Shown: positions 1 through 9,150 of the stretch, piece after piece | Layout: every line of letters starts with the position of its first letter | Numbering within the stretch: position 1 is the stretch's first letter | Source: an uncultured Acidobacteriota bacterium | Lineage (GTDB): Bacteria; Acidobacteriota; Vicinamibacteria; Vicinamibacterales; CAVVIG01 | Assembly (NCBI GenBank): GCA_963755195.1 | Contig: CAVWIZ010000003.1 | Location: 44,154-108,153 of the forward strand | Length of the DNA stretch: 64,000 nt | Direction of reading: 5' to 3' | The notes under the pieces: generated by a model | What the model was told of the DNA's origin: nothing | The model's input: the letters and a program-made list of their open reading frames with translations, nothing else | Database searches by the model: none | Made by a program: the position numbers and the translations under genes

Positions 1-185
1 GCTACTTCGGGCGATGCGCCACGAAAGATCAGGACGGCGCCGTCAACCGGATCGGCGAACGCGCCCCCCAGGACCAGATCTCCGCGCGCGACCGCCTGCC
101 GTGCGTACGCAATGTGCGCGGCCCGGAACGGCATCCGCCGTCTGGCGTAGTCGTCAACGACGTCGTAAAGCAGTACGTAGTGCAT
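1..185 (-). CDS. YciI-like (YCII domain) protein, 3' end cut by window edge
   Basis: Own translation from ATG (cat 183-185): MHYVLLYDVVDDYARRRMPFRAAHIAYARQAVARGDLVLGGAFADPVDGAVLIFRG..., a YCII-like N-terminus. It starts 4 nt after the MOSC stop. It is absent from the ORF track because it runs off the window. Confidence 0.5.
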   Translation of the reverse strand, partial: MHYVLLYDVVDDYARRRMPFRAAHIAYARQAVARGDLVLGGAFADPVDGAVLIFRGASPEV

Positions 186-189
186 CTTC

Positions 190-756
190 TCAGCCGAGCT
201 TGTTCACGATGTCGCCAACACGGATCGTGCCGCCCTCAACGACCCTCGCGTTGATGCCGCGCAGGCACAATTCTCGCCCAACCGGCGAGTTGACGAACCT
301 CATCGCGTCCACGCCGAATCGTGCGACAAACTTTGCACAACCGGTGTGGGGCTGATCGGTCACTTCGATCACCGCGGTTCCCAGCAGGAGTCGAGTGCCG
401 GCGGGAAGATTTGCCGCGCTGAGGTCCATGTCGACATAGAGCTGGTCGCCGGCAAGCGACCAGCGGCTCTTTTCTCCGGCCACGAGCGCCGCGGCGCGCG
501 CGTTCATGATGTTGAGCTGCATGTCGCGATGCGGCGATCCATCGGCTGTGCGCCCGCTCTTCCGCATGCGCCACGTGTCGCCCACCAGGCCTTCGCTGAC
601 ATCGAGCCGGCCTTCCTGCAGAACCTCGCGCTGCCCGACTTTCGGCCGGCGCACGATCAGCTCCAGCACACCCGCGTCCGTCGGCGCGCTTCGAATATCC
701 ACCAGTCCCGCCTCGAGCTCCTCCGTTGTCAGATGCTTCACGGCCTCCCACTCCAT
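190..756 (-). CDS. MOSC domain-containing protein
   Basis: C-terminal 188 aa of ORF 190..1011 starting at MEWEAVKHLTTEEL (ATG 756). GDTW...HRDMQLNIM...QPHTGCAKF pattern typical of YiiM-like MOSC proteins. The upstream R/A-rich extension looks non-coding. Confidence 0.8.
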   Translation of the reverse strand: MEWEAVKHLTTEELEAGLVDIRSAPTDAGVLELIVRRPKVGQREVLQEGRLDVSEGLVGDTWRMRKSGRTADGSPHRDMQLNIMNARAAALVAGEKSRWSLAGDQLYVDMDLSAANLPAGTRLLLGTAVIEVTDQPHTGCAKFVARFGVDAMRFVNSPVGRELCLRGINARVVEGGTIRVGDIVNKLG

Positions 757-776
757 GACGGTCGGTGAACCCCTTC

Positions 777-1166
777 TCACAAACCAGACTCCGGCGGCGG
801 ATGAATGTTGTCCACCCAGGCAACCTGCTCGGGCGGCTCCGCCGGCGCGATGTCGAGGTTGACGACCACCGGATCCTGACCGCTCCGCACGAGGACGCAG
901 CTGAGCGGCTCGTCGCGGCTCGCGTTGATCTCCTGATGGGGCACAAACGGCGGCACGTAGATGAAGTCGCCCGGGCCGGCTTCTGCGACGTACTCGAGCC
1001 GCTCGCCCCACCGCATCCGCGCGCGTCCGGTGACGACGTAGATGACGCTTTCGAGATCGCCGTGATGATGCGCGCCCGTCTTGGCGTTGGGATGGATCGT
1101 CACCGTGCCGGCCCAGAGCTTGCTCGCGCCCGTCCGCGCGTTGGTGATCGCGGCGGCGCGGGTCAT
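777..1166 (-). CDS. cupin domain-containing protein
   Basis: C-terminal part of ORF 777..1757 from MTRAAAITNARTG. GAHHHGDLE...GDFIYVPPFVPHQE two-motif cupin signature. A GTG at 1211 is an alternative start. Confidence 0.75.
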   Translation of the reverse strand: MTRAAAITNARTGASKLWAGTVTIHPNAKTGAHHHGDLESVIYVVTGRARMRWGERLEYVAEAGPGDFIYVPPFVPHQEINASRDEPLSCVLVRSGQDPVVVNLDIAPAEPPEQVAWVDNIHPPPESGL

Positions 1167-1255
1167 GCCCGGCGTCTGCGGCGTGTTCACGTCGAGGTCG
1201 GAGCCGGACACGATCCGGACGCCGTGATCTCTCCAGTGGTCGGACGGCAGATCGC

Positions 1256-2215
1256 TCACGGCTTGGGCCCGTAAAGCTTCTCGCCGGCCTCGATGCGCAC
1301 GCTCAGTCTGTTTTCCTTGGGCGGCAGCGGACACGTGGCAAACGCGTTGTACGCGCAAGGCGGATTCTGCGCGCGGTTGAAATCGAGCGCCAGCTTCCCA
1401 TCCACCGGCATCGGCGTGTACAAGAAACGCGCGGCCGCGTCCGTTTCCGTTCCGCTGGTCAGGTCGCGGAAGATGAACCAGAGTTCGTTCTCGTGGTCCG
1501 GGTCGCTGATGGCCATCATCTTGAACTGCCGGCCGCCGATCGACACCGTGGCCAGCCCCGGGCTCACCATCTCGTCGATATCGCCGAGGATATTCGGAAT
1601 CTGTAACTTCCTGGGCGTGTCGTAGGGCACGAACTCGCCGTCGACGATGTACGCCTCGTTGACGGGATACCACTTCAAGCCGGTGAATTCCTTGCGAAGG
1701 GGATTGTTCTTGTCCCGCAGCCGAATGGAGAGGCGATCGCCGCTCTTGTGCACCCACAGCGTCAGATCCTGCAAGCCAATCCTGTCTGGGCTCCCGGTCG
1801 CGTCAGATTTCAGCGACGCGGTGGTCACCGTTTCACCGTTGAGCGCAAAGCTGACGCCGGGCGCGGCCGTGACGGCCACCTTCCCGTCGCGGAGTACGAA
1901 CGTCCCGGCGCGGGCGGGCGCGCCGGCCGGCAACACGATGTCGTTGGCCTTGTCCGATCCGAAACTCGTCTGGGGCTTGGTCAGGAAGAACAGTCCGGCG
2001 ATCGTCAGCCACCCCGTGTCTGTCTTCAGCACGGCCTCGCGAGCCTGCCGGAACTTCTCGATGTCGGCGCTATAAGAGGCAGAAAGGGCAGAATTGGCGG
2101 GAATGGCGGGATTGGCGGGAACGGCCGGAGCGGCTGTTTCAGTCGTGGCGCCCCGCCCGCAGCCTGCTCCCGAGACACTCGACACGACCAGGACGATGGC
2201 CGTCAGCAAACGCAT
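1256..2215 (-). CDS. DUF1684 domain-containing lipoprotein
   Basis: ORF 1256..2218. Signal peptide with SGAGC lipobox; WYPVNEAY...ARFLYTP...CAYNAFATCPLPP motifs typical of DUF1684. Confidence 0.85.
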   Translation of the reverse strand: MRLLTAIVLVVSSVSGAGCGRGATTETAAPAVPANPAIPANSALSASYSADIEKFRQAREAVLKTDTGWLTIAGLFFLTKPQTSFGSDKANDIVLPAGAPARAGTFVLRDGKVAVTAAPGVSFALNGETVTTASLKSDATGSPDRIGLQDLTLWVHKSGDRLSIRLRDKNNPLRKEFTGLKWYPVNEAYIVDGEFVPYDTPRKLQIPNILGDIDEMVSPGLATVSIGGRQFKMMAISDPDHENELWFIFRDLTSGTETDAAARFLYTPMPVDGKLALDFNRAQNPPCAYNAFATCPLPPKENRLSVRIEAGEKLYGPKP

Positions 2216-2596
2216 CACGAGGCGCCCTCCTTGAGCGCCGTCACTTCCATCTCAATCCGCATCCGCGGGTCCGCCAGGCCGGCCGAAATCATCATCGCGG
2301 CGGGCCGCACGTCGCCGAAGGTACTTGCGGAGGATCGGCCAGCACTCAGGAAAATCCTCCGCCCTCGGCAGGACATACGTAACCCGCACCACGTCGCGGA
2401 GACTCGCTCCGGCTTGCACCAGGGCCGACTGAATGTTCCGCAGGCATTGCTCGGTGAGGCTCTCCGAGATCGTCATCGCCTCGTAGTCGAATCCGGTTGT
2501 GCCCGAAACAAAGATCCAGTTGCCGTCCACGACGGCTCGCGAGTAGCCGATCTCCCGCTCGAAGGTCGATCCAGAGCTTATCAGTCGTCGCGTCAC
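2215..2596 (-). pseudogene. RidA/YjgF family protein, frame-disrupted near 2317-2323
   Basis: ORF 2252..2596 matches RidA up to ...ECWPILRKY. Skipping one nt in TACCTTCGG restores FGDVRPAAMMISAGLADPRMRIEMEVTALKEGAS*, which stops at 2215 and overlaps the DUF1684 ATG (TGATG). Confidence 0.75.
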
Positions 2597-2641
2597 GCGC
2601 GCTCCCCCGCCAACCGCAAGCGTCTTGCGCCCGCACTCCTG

Positions 2642-3253
2642 TCAGGCAGCTTTTCGGACCACCCAGGTGGTCATACAGCGCTGATCATGCACGATCGTGG
2701 TCTTCAGGGGATCGAGGAATGTGCCGCCCAGTTTTCCCGTGAGCTCGACGAGAAGCGTCTCGTCCACCAGAAACCGCTCCGACCCATCCGGCAGGAGAAA
2801 CCGCCGCTCTTTCACCCGCTGCACCCGGGCTTCCATCCCAATCGCGGAGGCCAGCCGGCAGAAAAACAATCCACCGGGTTTGAGGACTCTCCACATGCCC
2901 GACACCATCTCCACGAACTGCTCTTCGTCGCGCGCAAAGTGCAGCACGGCGCTGCTGATCACGACGTCGAAGAAGGCATCGGGAAAGGTCATGCGCTCGA
3001 CCGACTCGACACGAAAGTTCGCGCCGGACAGACGGGGCGCAAGCGTCGCGGCGAGTCGGCGGACCTCGGCGATTGCGTCCACGTCCGGGTCCACGGCGAA
3101 AACCTCGTAACCTGACTGCATGAGATAGACGAGATTACGGCCCGAACCGCATCCCGCATCGAGCACGTGCATCGCCGGCTTCAGGCGTCCACGAAGTAGC
3201 TGGTCGAAGAGATAGATATCGATCTGGCCGAACTGGATGTCGAGATCCGTCAT
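2642..3253 (-). CDS. class I SAM-dependent methyltransferase
   Basis: 203-aa ORF; VLDAGCGSGRN (motif I) and LKPGGLFF (post-I/II) signatures. Confidence 0.85.
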   Translation of the reverse strand: MTDLDIQFGQIDIYLFDQLLRGRLKPAMHVLDAGCGSGRNLVYLMQSGYEVFAVDPDVDAIAEVRRLAATLAPRLSGANFRVESVERMTFPDAFFDVVISSAVLHFARDEEQFVEMVSGMWRVLKPGGLFFCRLASAIGMEARVQRVKERRFLLPDGSERFLVDETLLVELTGKLGGTFLDPLKTTIVHDQRCMTTWVVRKAA

Positions 3254-3294
3254 GTCACAGGAATCTTTCCGATCTTCTCATATCCCTTCTCGCG

Positions 3295-4509
3295 CTAACG
3301 GGGACGTTTGGGCGCGCCAAAGTGCCTGTCGGCGAAGCTCACGAACTGCTCCCAGTCATAGGCATTCTGGCCGTGTGAGCCGGTCCGCATGTGAAATCCG
3401 ATGCGCCGGCCGACCGGTGTGGAAACAGGCGGCATCTCGTCCACGCCGACACCGGTTTCGCCGAAGAGCGCATAGACGGGGCCGGCGTGCCTGGCGGCGA
3501 GAAACGAGCCGCGCGGATCGCCCCAGCGGTCGGCTTCGGCCGTTCCGATGTAGACGGGGCGCGGCGCGTGGAGGGCGACGAGCTCATGCCAGTCCACGGG
3601 GAGCGCGTTGACGTCGTTCGCGTAGTCCTTGAACTTGCGAGCGAACCAGTACGGGAACGATCCGGTGATGGCTCGAACGGTTTCTCCGTATTGGCGCCGG
3701 ACGACGACGGCCCCGCCGCAGCCCGACTCGCCGGAAAACGTCGTGGCGAAGCGCGTGTCCTGCGCCCCGGCCCACATCGCCGCCTTGCCGTAACGCGACA
3801 CACCGTTTAGATAGATTCGCCGGGGGTCGAGATCCCTGTCGGCCTGCAGATAATCCATGGCGCGGCTCAGCGCCCAGGCCCATGCACCGAGAGCCCCCCA
3901 CTCAGACTCGCCCGGCTCCTGCTGGCCGGCGGGCGCGTAGAACTTGCGCACGCTGTCCTCGTAGCCGCCCGCATCGTCTTTCTGATCCGGCTGCATCGCC
4001 AGAATGTCGGCGTACGCCACGCCATAGCCGCGGGCGAACACCAACTCGTTGAACGGAGGCGGCTGGCCGGAGCGGCCGACGCCGGCGACGAGGAACGCGG
4101 GCACGCGCTGACCGGTCTTGGGCAGCGTCATGTACACGTTCATCAGCATCCGGGATGCGTTTTTCTCGTCCGGGAAGTAGATGGTGACGGTCTTCTCGAT
4201 CGCCGTGCCCTCTCTCGCACTGCGGTCTTCGGACACGACTTCCCACGACATGCGGCTCGGCCGGCCGACAGGTGTGGTTCCGTAGACATGCGTTTCGAAT
4301 AGTTTCAGGAGCTCGGGCCGACGCTTCTCGGTCCAGGTTTTCGCGTCGGTGACTTTCCTGCCGTCGGCCATGACGAGCGGGTCGGGCAAGGTATAGGAGG
4401 GCACCTTCGACTCGTCGTAGTTCGCGTTGGCTGGCGCGACCGGCTCCTGCCAGGCGTGGACGACGAGCACGCCGGCAACGAGCATGACAAAAGCGAGCGC
4501 GGTTTTCAT
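3295..4509 (-). CDS. secreted glucuronoyl-esterase-like alpha/beta hydrolase (CE15-like)
   Basis: 404-aa ORF with signal peptide. GVSRYGKAA nucleophile motif and overall layout resemble CE15 4-O-methyl-glucuronoyl methylesterases. Confidence 0.65.
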   Translation of the reverse strand: MKTALAFVMLVAGVLVVHAWQEPVAPANANYDESKVPSYTLPDPLVMADGRKVTDAKTWTEKRRPELLKLFETHVYGTTPVGRPSRMSWEVVSEDRSAREGTAIEKTVTIYFPDEKNASRMLMNVYMTLPKTGQRVPAFLVAGVGRSGQPPPFNELVFARGYGVAYADILAMQPDQKDDAGGYEDSVRKFYAPAGQQEPGESEWGALGAWAWALSRAMDYLQADRDLDPRRIYLNGVSRYGKAAMWAGAQDTRFATTFSGESGCGGAVVVRRQYGETVRAITGSFPYWFARKFKDYANDVNALPVDWHELVALHAPRPVYIGTAEADRWGDPRGSFLAARHAGPVYALFGETGVGVDEMPPVSTPVGRRIGFHMRTGSHGQNAYDWEQFVSFADRHFGAPKRPR

Positions 4510-4513
4510 GGCG

Positions 4514-4545
4514 TCTTCATCTTAAGGCTTCTTCATCTTAAGGCT
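4514..4545. repeat. 16-nt perfect tandem duplication upstream of the CE15-like gene
   Basis: TCTTCATCTTAAGGCT x2 (4514-4529 and 4530-4545). Each unit contains the CTTAAG palindrome. Ends 5 nt before the CE15 ATG on the minus strand. Confidence 0.85.
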
Positions 4546-4568
4546 TCGCGGCGGGTGCTGGTACGGTG

Positions 4569-5567
4569 CTACTTCGCACGGCCCTCGAACCCCTGCGCCT
4601 GCATGGGAATCGCAAAGATCGACTTCGCATTGTTGCGTACCCCGCTCGGCACCGTGTGTTCCTTGCCGTCAGCGTCGAGCGCCCCGCTTCCGACGACATA
4701 CATCGTCTTCTTGCCCGGGCCGGAAAAAGCGACGCTGATCACGGCCCTCGGCGTCGGAATGAGTCCTCTGTATTTTCCTTCGGGGCCGAACACCTGAACG
4801 CCGGGGCCCGACGTGACGTAGAGACGTCCGGCCGCGTCAACTGCCATCCCGTCGCCGCTGCCGCCGCCTTCGAGCGTTCCGAAGTCCCGCCGGTTCGTCA
4901 CGGTGCCGTCCGGCAGGATATCGAAGGCCAGGATGACGGGGCCGTTGGTGACGTAGAGGGTTTTCTCATCCGGGCTGAGCATGATCCCGTTCGAACGGAT
5001 ATCGTCGCCAAGGCTTCTGACCAAACCGCCCGGGTTGAAATAGTAGGCGGCGCCCACGGTGAAATACACACGGCCCTTGCCGTCGACCACGAGATCGTTG
5101 AGGCGCCCGAGTGGCTTTCCCTGAAAGTTGTCCGCCAGAACTCTCCGCGCTGGCGCGAGGACGCCCACGACGGTCGGCTCCGCGCAAGGGGGCAATGTGG
5201 ACGCTCTTCCCGGATCGGTGCAGGTCCGCTCCACGGCGAGGATGCGGCCCTGTGAATCGATCGCCAGCGAGCCCGCTCCATGCGTATCTTCCAGGAAGAC
5301 GGCATCGTTGCCGCTCTTGTCGAGCTTGCGGATCCGATTGGGCTGTTCCTGCGCGAACAACAGGCCGCCGTCGGCCGTGCCGACGATGCCGTCGGCATTG
5401 TCGAATCCCTGCCAGACAAGCTGCCACCTCAGTCCGGCGGCGACAACCCCCGGGATGGCGGTCACCGTCGCCTCTCTGAGCGGTCGCTCCTGCGCGGTCG
5501 CCTGGCTGAAAGTCGTGGGCAACACCGACAGACAGCACGCAATCACCAGCGCGGTGGTCGACTTCAT
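4569..5567 (-). CDS. SMP-30/gluconolactonase/LRE family beta-propeller protein
   Basis: 332-aa ORF with signal peptide and repeated D-x-G-(R/N)-(L/I)-(Y/F) blade motifs. ATGA overlap with the upstream gene. Confidence 0.7.
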   Translation of the reverse strand: MKSTTALVIACCLSVLPTTFSQATAQERPLREATVTAIPGVVAAGLRWQLVWQGFDNADGIVGTADGGLLFAQEQPNRIRKLDKSGNDAVFLEDTHGAGSLAIDSQGRILAVERTCTDPGRASTLPPCAEPTVVGVLAPARRVLADNFQGKPLGRLNDLVVDGKGRVYFTVGAAYYFNPGGLVRSLGDDIRSNGIMLSPDEKTLYVTNGPVILAFDILPDGTVTNRRDFGTLEGGGSGDGMAVDAAGRLYVTSGPGVQVFGPEGKYRGLIPTPRAVISVAFSGPGKKTMYVVGSGALDADGKEHTVPSGVRNNAKSIFAIPMQAQGFEGRAK

Positions 5568-6463
5568 AGCACGCGCGCCTGACGCATGACCGATTCCCCC
5601 TTCTGACGGATTTCCTTCGCCACTTCAAAAGGATCGGCCTGTTGAAATTTCGGCAGGAAGAGTTCGACAGAGAGAGGGCCCGCATATCCCTTGTCCGCGA
5701 GCTTGCGCAGAATCTTCGGCAATGGCGAAATTCCGTCGCCCGGGATCACGCGGGTGGTGAGGTCGAGCAGCTCGCGGGGCATGTCGGGCACATCCTGAAA
5801 GTGCACGTGCCCGATTTCACCGGGCCGGATCGAATCGAGGTCCTCAAGCTTGTTCAGGCCGGACCAGAAATGATAGCAATCGAGCAAGGGAGCGAGGTTC
5901 GGGTGCGCGGCGGCGCGCGTCATTTTCAGGAGCGTCGGCAACGTGGAAATAAACGGAGACGTGCGCACGAATTCCGCCATCGCCGTCATGCGGAACTGTC
6001 TGGCAATCTCACCAACTTCGCGCATGTTGTCCACGCCGGCCTTGTAGTCGTCCTGCGTGATCTTTTTCGTGGTGCCCGTGTGCGCATAAATGCGCGAGAG
6101 GCCGAGCGCGCCGAACATTTCGCAGCGCTTCTTCAGGTCGTCGAGCGCCGCGGCGTGATCGGGATTCGGCTCCCATAGACCCTGCACGCCACAAGCGGCC
6201 GAAACCGGTGTGAGCCCCAGGTCGGTGAGAACGCGCCCGGCGGCGGCGAGTGAATCGGTTTTCAGGAACTGGTCCAGCAACGAGGCCGTGATCTCGACAT
6301 GCTTGATTCCGGCGCGAGCCCAGCCCTCGAGCGACTTCCGATAGCCAGCGCCGTCGGAGGTGTTCTGGTGAATGGCGAGCGTCATCTTGCTCGAAGCCGC
6401 CGAAACGGCGCGCGCGGCCACGAGGGCCACCGGGGTCGTGAGTATCGCTCTTCTGGACAGCAT
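5564..6463 (-). CDS. sugar phosphate isomerase/epimerase (xylose-isomerase-like TIM barrel), Tat-type signal
   Basis: ORF 5564..6493. Likely start is ATG 6463 (MLSRRAILTT, twin-arginine). H-x-E and HFQD metal-site-like motifs. Confidence 0.75.
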   Translation of the reverse strand: MLSRRAILTTPVALVAARAVSAASSKMTLAIHQNTSDGAGYRKSLEGWARAGIKHVEITASLLDQFLKTDSLAAAGRVLTDLGLTPVSAACGVQGLWEPNPDHAAALDDLKKRCEMFGALGLSRIYAHTGTTKKITQDDYKAGVDNMREVGEIARQFRMTAMAEFVRTSPFISTLPTLLKMTRAAAHPNLAPLLDCYHFWSGLNKLEDLDSIRPGEIGHVHFQDVPDMPRELLDLTTRVIPGDGISPLPKILRKLADKGYAGPLSVELFLPKFQQADPFEVAKEIRQKGESVMRQARVL

Positions 6464-6522
6464 CGAGTCTCTCCTAACCCGCTCGGCTAACATTCACTTC
6501 CAGCGCGCATGCTCATCTAGAT

Positions 6523-7116
6523 CTAGCGTGCCGCCAGGACAAGCCACGCCGCCAGCGTTGCCGCCTTGTGCTCGGCACGCCACGAACCGGCGACGGCCCG
6601 GCCGAGCACCGTGACCGCCGCGCGCAGGTCAGGCTCGGGCTGGCTCAGGGCTCCCGCCGCCGACGCGTACAGGTCGCGTTCACGCCAGACCGAGCATTTC
6701 AGCCGGCTTCGAGCGGCCGCGTCGTTCACAACACCGCGAAACAGGCGGCCCTCGAGCGCATGGATCCGAATGTGGTCGTTCGCAATCGTCGCCGGATCGA
6801 CGAGGCTCCCGACCACGATGCCGGCGCCGACGAGCCGATGTCCTCCGGCCTGGTAATCCTGAATGACGGCGGTCACGGACTGCCGCCCGAACCGCTCGAC
6901 CGAAGCGACGAGTCGTGAAAGTCTGGGCCCGCCTGCTCGCGCCGTTCCGAAGCCCGCATGATACGGCTGAACTGATTCCGGGACCGCCGGGTCGCTCAGC
7001 TCTACCCTACGGCTGTCCACGACACGAACGGATGCCGCCGCGCCCTCCAGCAGAACCACGCTGGCCCACCCGGACTTTACGGTGAAACCGACGGCCGCGT
7101 GAAGTCGCGTAGCCAT
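6523..7116 (-). CDS. hypothetical protein
   Basis: 197-aa ORF with coding-like composition, tightly packed with its neighbours. No family recognised; weak RNase-H-like impression only. Confidence 0.5.
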   Translation of the reverse strand: MATRLHAAVGFTVKSGWASVVLLEGAAASVRVVDSRRVELSDPAVPESVQPYHAGFGTARAGGPRLSRLVASVERFGRQSVTAVIQDYQAGGHRLVGAGIVVGSLVDPATIANDHIRIHALEGRLFRGVVNDAAARSRLKCSVWRERDLYASAAGALSQPEPDLRAAVTVLGRAVAGSWRAEHKAATLAAWLVLAAR

Positions 7117-7122
7117 TTCCGC

Positions 7123-7419
7123 CTACTTCACGTCCCAGCCACCCGGAGGGAGGTAGTGGAATCGAATCAGGTAGACGTTGTCACCTCTACCGTGCTTTGC
7201 CGTCTGGAGCAAATCGTCGACGCTGCTGAAGCCCGACTCGCGCGCCAAGTCGTAGGTCACATCCGCGATGCTCATCGGCACGATCGAATCGACCACGATC
7301 TGACCGTCGTCCATCTGGTAGCGACCGCCCTTCTTCACGTGGGGCCGCGTCCAGATGCGCACGCTGCACCTGATTCTCCCGCGCCGAATCCCTTCGCGAA
7401 GGTGCTTGCTGAACACCAT
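7123..7419 (-). CDS. ASCH domain-containing protein (YqfB-size)
   Basis: 98-aa ORF. GRIRCSVRIW...YLIRFHY pattern resembles small ASCH/PUA-like proteins. Confidence 0.6.
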   Translation of the reverse strand: MVFSKHLREGIRRGRIRCSVRIWTRPHVKKGGRYQMDDGQIVVDSIVPMSIADVTYDLARESGFSSVDDLLQTAKHGRGDNVYLIRFHYLPPGGWDVK

Positions 7420-7440
7420 ACTGATGGGTCCACGCGTCCT

Positions 7441-7830
7441 TCAACGTGTGCCCGACTGCATCTCGTAAATCCTGCCGCCGGCCCAACATTGGGGTATCGC
7501 CAGCACGACGAGCGCGATCGGGTACCACCTGGGCCCGAGACCCAGGTTCCATGTGGTCACCACGCCGACAAGCCCCAGGACAACACCCACGTAGCCCAGG
7601 ATCATCGCGTGCTTCATTGGTTTCTCAGGCGCGAGCCGGGCCGTGAGCCAGGCGCCGACGACGCTGATGACGATGCGATAGGAAGTGGCTAGAAGAGAGA
7701 GCGCGTCGCCCATCGGCTGGCCCACAGGTGGGAAGACTCCGACAGCGTGCAGCACGATGTCGACAAGGGTCGTGACGACGATGATGACGAGCACACCCGC
7801 GAACACGGCCCAGATCGATCGCTTAGTCAT
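7441..7830 (-). CDS. hypothetical membrane protein (about 4 TM)
   Basis: 129-aa ORF with four hydrophobic stretches. Overlaps the DUF523 stop by 8 nt. Confidence 0.6.
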   Translation of the reverse strand: MTKRSIWAVFAGVLVIIVVTTLVDIVLHAVGVFPPVGQPMGDALSLLATSYRIVISVVGAWLTARLAPEKPMKHAMILGYVGVVLGLVGVVTTWNLGLGPRWYPIALVVLAIPQCWAGGRIYEMQSGTR

Positions 7831-8332
7831 GATTGGCTTCGTCGATCACCTTGAGAGCTTCGTCCGCCTCGGCCAGTTGCGCCTCGTTGAATACCTGAAC
7901 GCCCGCGCGCTGGAGTGCAGCAGCCGTGACGCCGGCGCCCCTCACGAGCCGACCGGAAAAACTGCCGTCATAGATCTCACCCGTGCCGCACGACGGACTC
8001 CGGGTTTTCAGGACGGCGACACGAATGCCCAGCTCTTGCGCGATTGCGACGGCGTGCCCGGCGCCGGCCAGGAATCGATCGGTGACGTCACGGCCGTCGC
8101 GTGTCAGAACCGCCGCGGCGCCGGCAAGAACCCTCGCTCCGTCACCTCCTATGGATTCCGCCGCGGGCCGAGGCGTACCCAGACCCGCGGCAACCTCTGG
8201 ACAGAGACCCACGACGCGTCCCTGCTCCTGCCACCGACTCAGGATGGAGCTTTCGATTCGTGCAGATCCGCCGTGATATCGCACTTCCGCTCCCAGGAGG
8301 CATGAGCTGACGATGACCTTGGCCGGAGGCAT
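7823..8332 (-). CDS. DUF523 domain-containing protein (TudS/YbbK-like)
   Basis: ORF 7823..8383 with likely start MPPAKVIVSSCLLG (8332). SSCLLG...CPE...SPSCG cysteine pattern typical of DUF523. Confidence 0.7.
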   Translation of the reverse strand: MPPAKVIVSSCLLGAEVRYHGGSARIESSILSRWQEQGRVVGLCPEVAAGLGTPRPAAESIGGDGARVLAGAAAVLTRDGRDVTDRFLAGAGHAVAIAQELGIRVAVLKTRSPSCGTGEIYDGSFSGRLVRGAGVTAAALQRAGVQVFNEAQLAEADEALKVIDEANHD

Positions 8333-8354
8333 GTGGTGCTGTCGGGTGCGCGGA

Positions 8355-8984
8355 CTATTGTGGCCGCTTGAACAGTCCTCCATAGACCGCCTTCCCGAGG
8401 ATGTGTCCCTGCATGGCTTTCACGACATTCGCGCGCGTTTCGAACGCGTCAGCGGTAGGCTGAACGTCGAGCTTGGTGTCCAAGGCGAAGAGCTCGAACA
8501 TGTAGTGGTGCCGCGGACCGGTCGCCGGTGCGCCAGGACCGCGATACACCTGACCGGTGGCGCTGATCTGGTAGCTGCCGTCCGACAGTTGTGGACCCTT
8601 GGGCACCCCTTCCGGCAACCCGGTGGCCGTCGCGGGAATGTTCCACACGACCCAGTGCGCCTGATCGTCGGTGGTGCGGTTGCGCGCCACGTCCATGTCG
8701 CGCATGTTGAGCACGAACGATTGCGTCCCAGCGGGCACATTGGCCCAGCTCATCGCCGGCGATGTTCCTTCGCCCGGTGCGGCGCCTTCGGCCGCCTGGC
8801 TGAACCTGACGGGAATCTGGCCGCCGTCTGGGAACCCCGGGATGGTCAGCGTCATGGGCGGACCGGCGGCGGCCGGGGCAGCGCCGCGCTGCCCGCCGCG
8901 CTCTTGAGCCGCGATGGGCCTCGCGACGAGCATGATGACCATTGAAGCGACGAACCATCGCGAACACTTCATCGGAGCCTCCAT
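8355..8984 (-). CDS. YbhB/YbcL family Raf-kinase-inhibitor-like (PEBP) protein, secreted
   Basis: 209-aa ORF with signal peptide. HWVVWNIP...GPRHHYMFELFALD is a PEBP signature. Confidence 0.8.
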   Translation of the reverse strand: MEAPMKCSRWFVASMVIMLVARPIAAQERGGQRGAAPAAAGPPMTLTIPGFPDGGQIPVRFSQAAEGAAPGEGTSPAMSWANVPAGTQSFVLNMRDMDVARNRTTDDQAHWVVWNIPATATGLPEGVPKGPQLSDGSYQISATGQVYRGPGAPATGPRHHYMFELFALDTKLDVQPTADAFETRANVVKAMQGHILGKAVYGGLFKRPQ

Positions 8985-9150
8985 AAAGTCGGCCGTCTCA
9001 CCGCTCGCGTTCAGCCGCGGCGGCTCATGATCGCACCTGCCGCGGTCGGCTGCAAATGCCGTTAGCCGCAGCGACCACGCACCCGATGTCAGGCGTCCGC
9101 CGACCGCTGCGGCGTTGTGTTAGGCTGCGAGTTCGTCGCACGACCACAGG

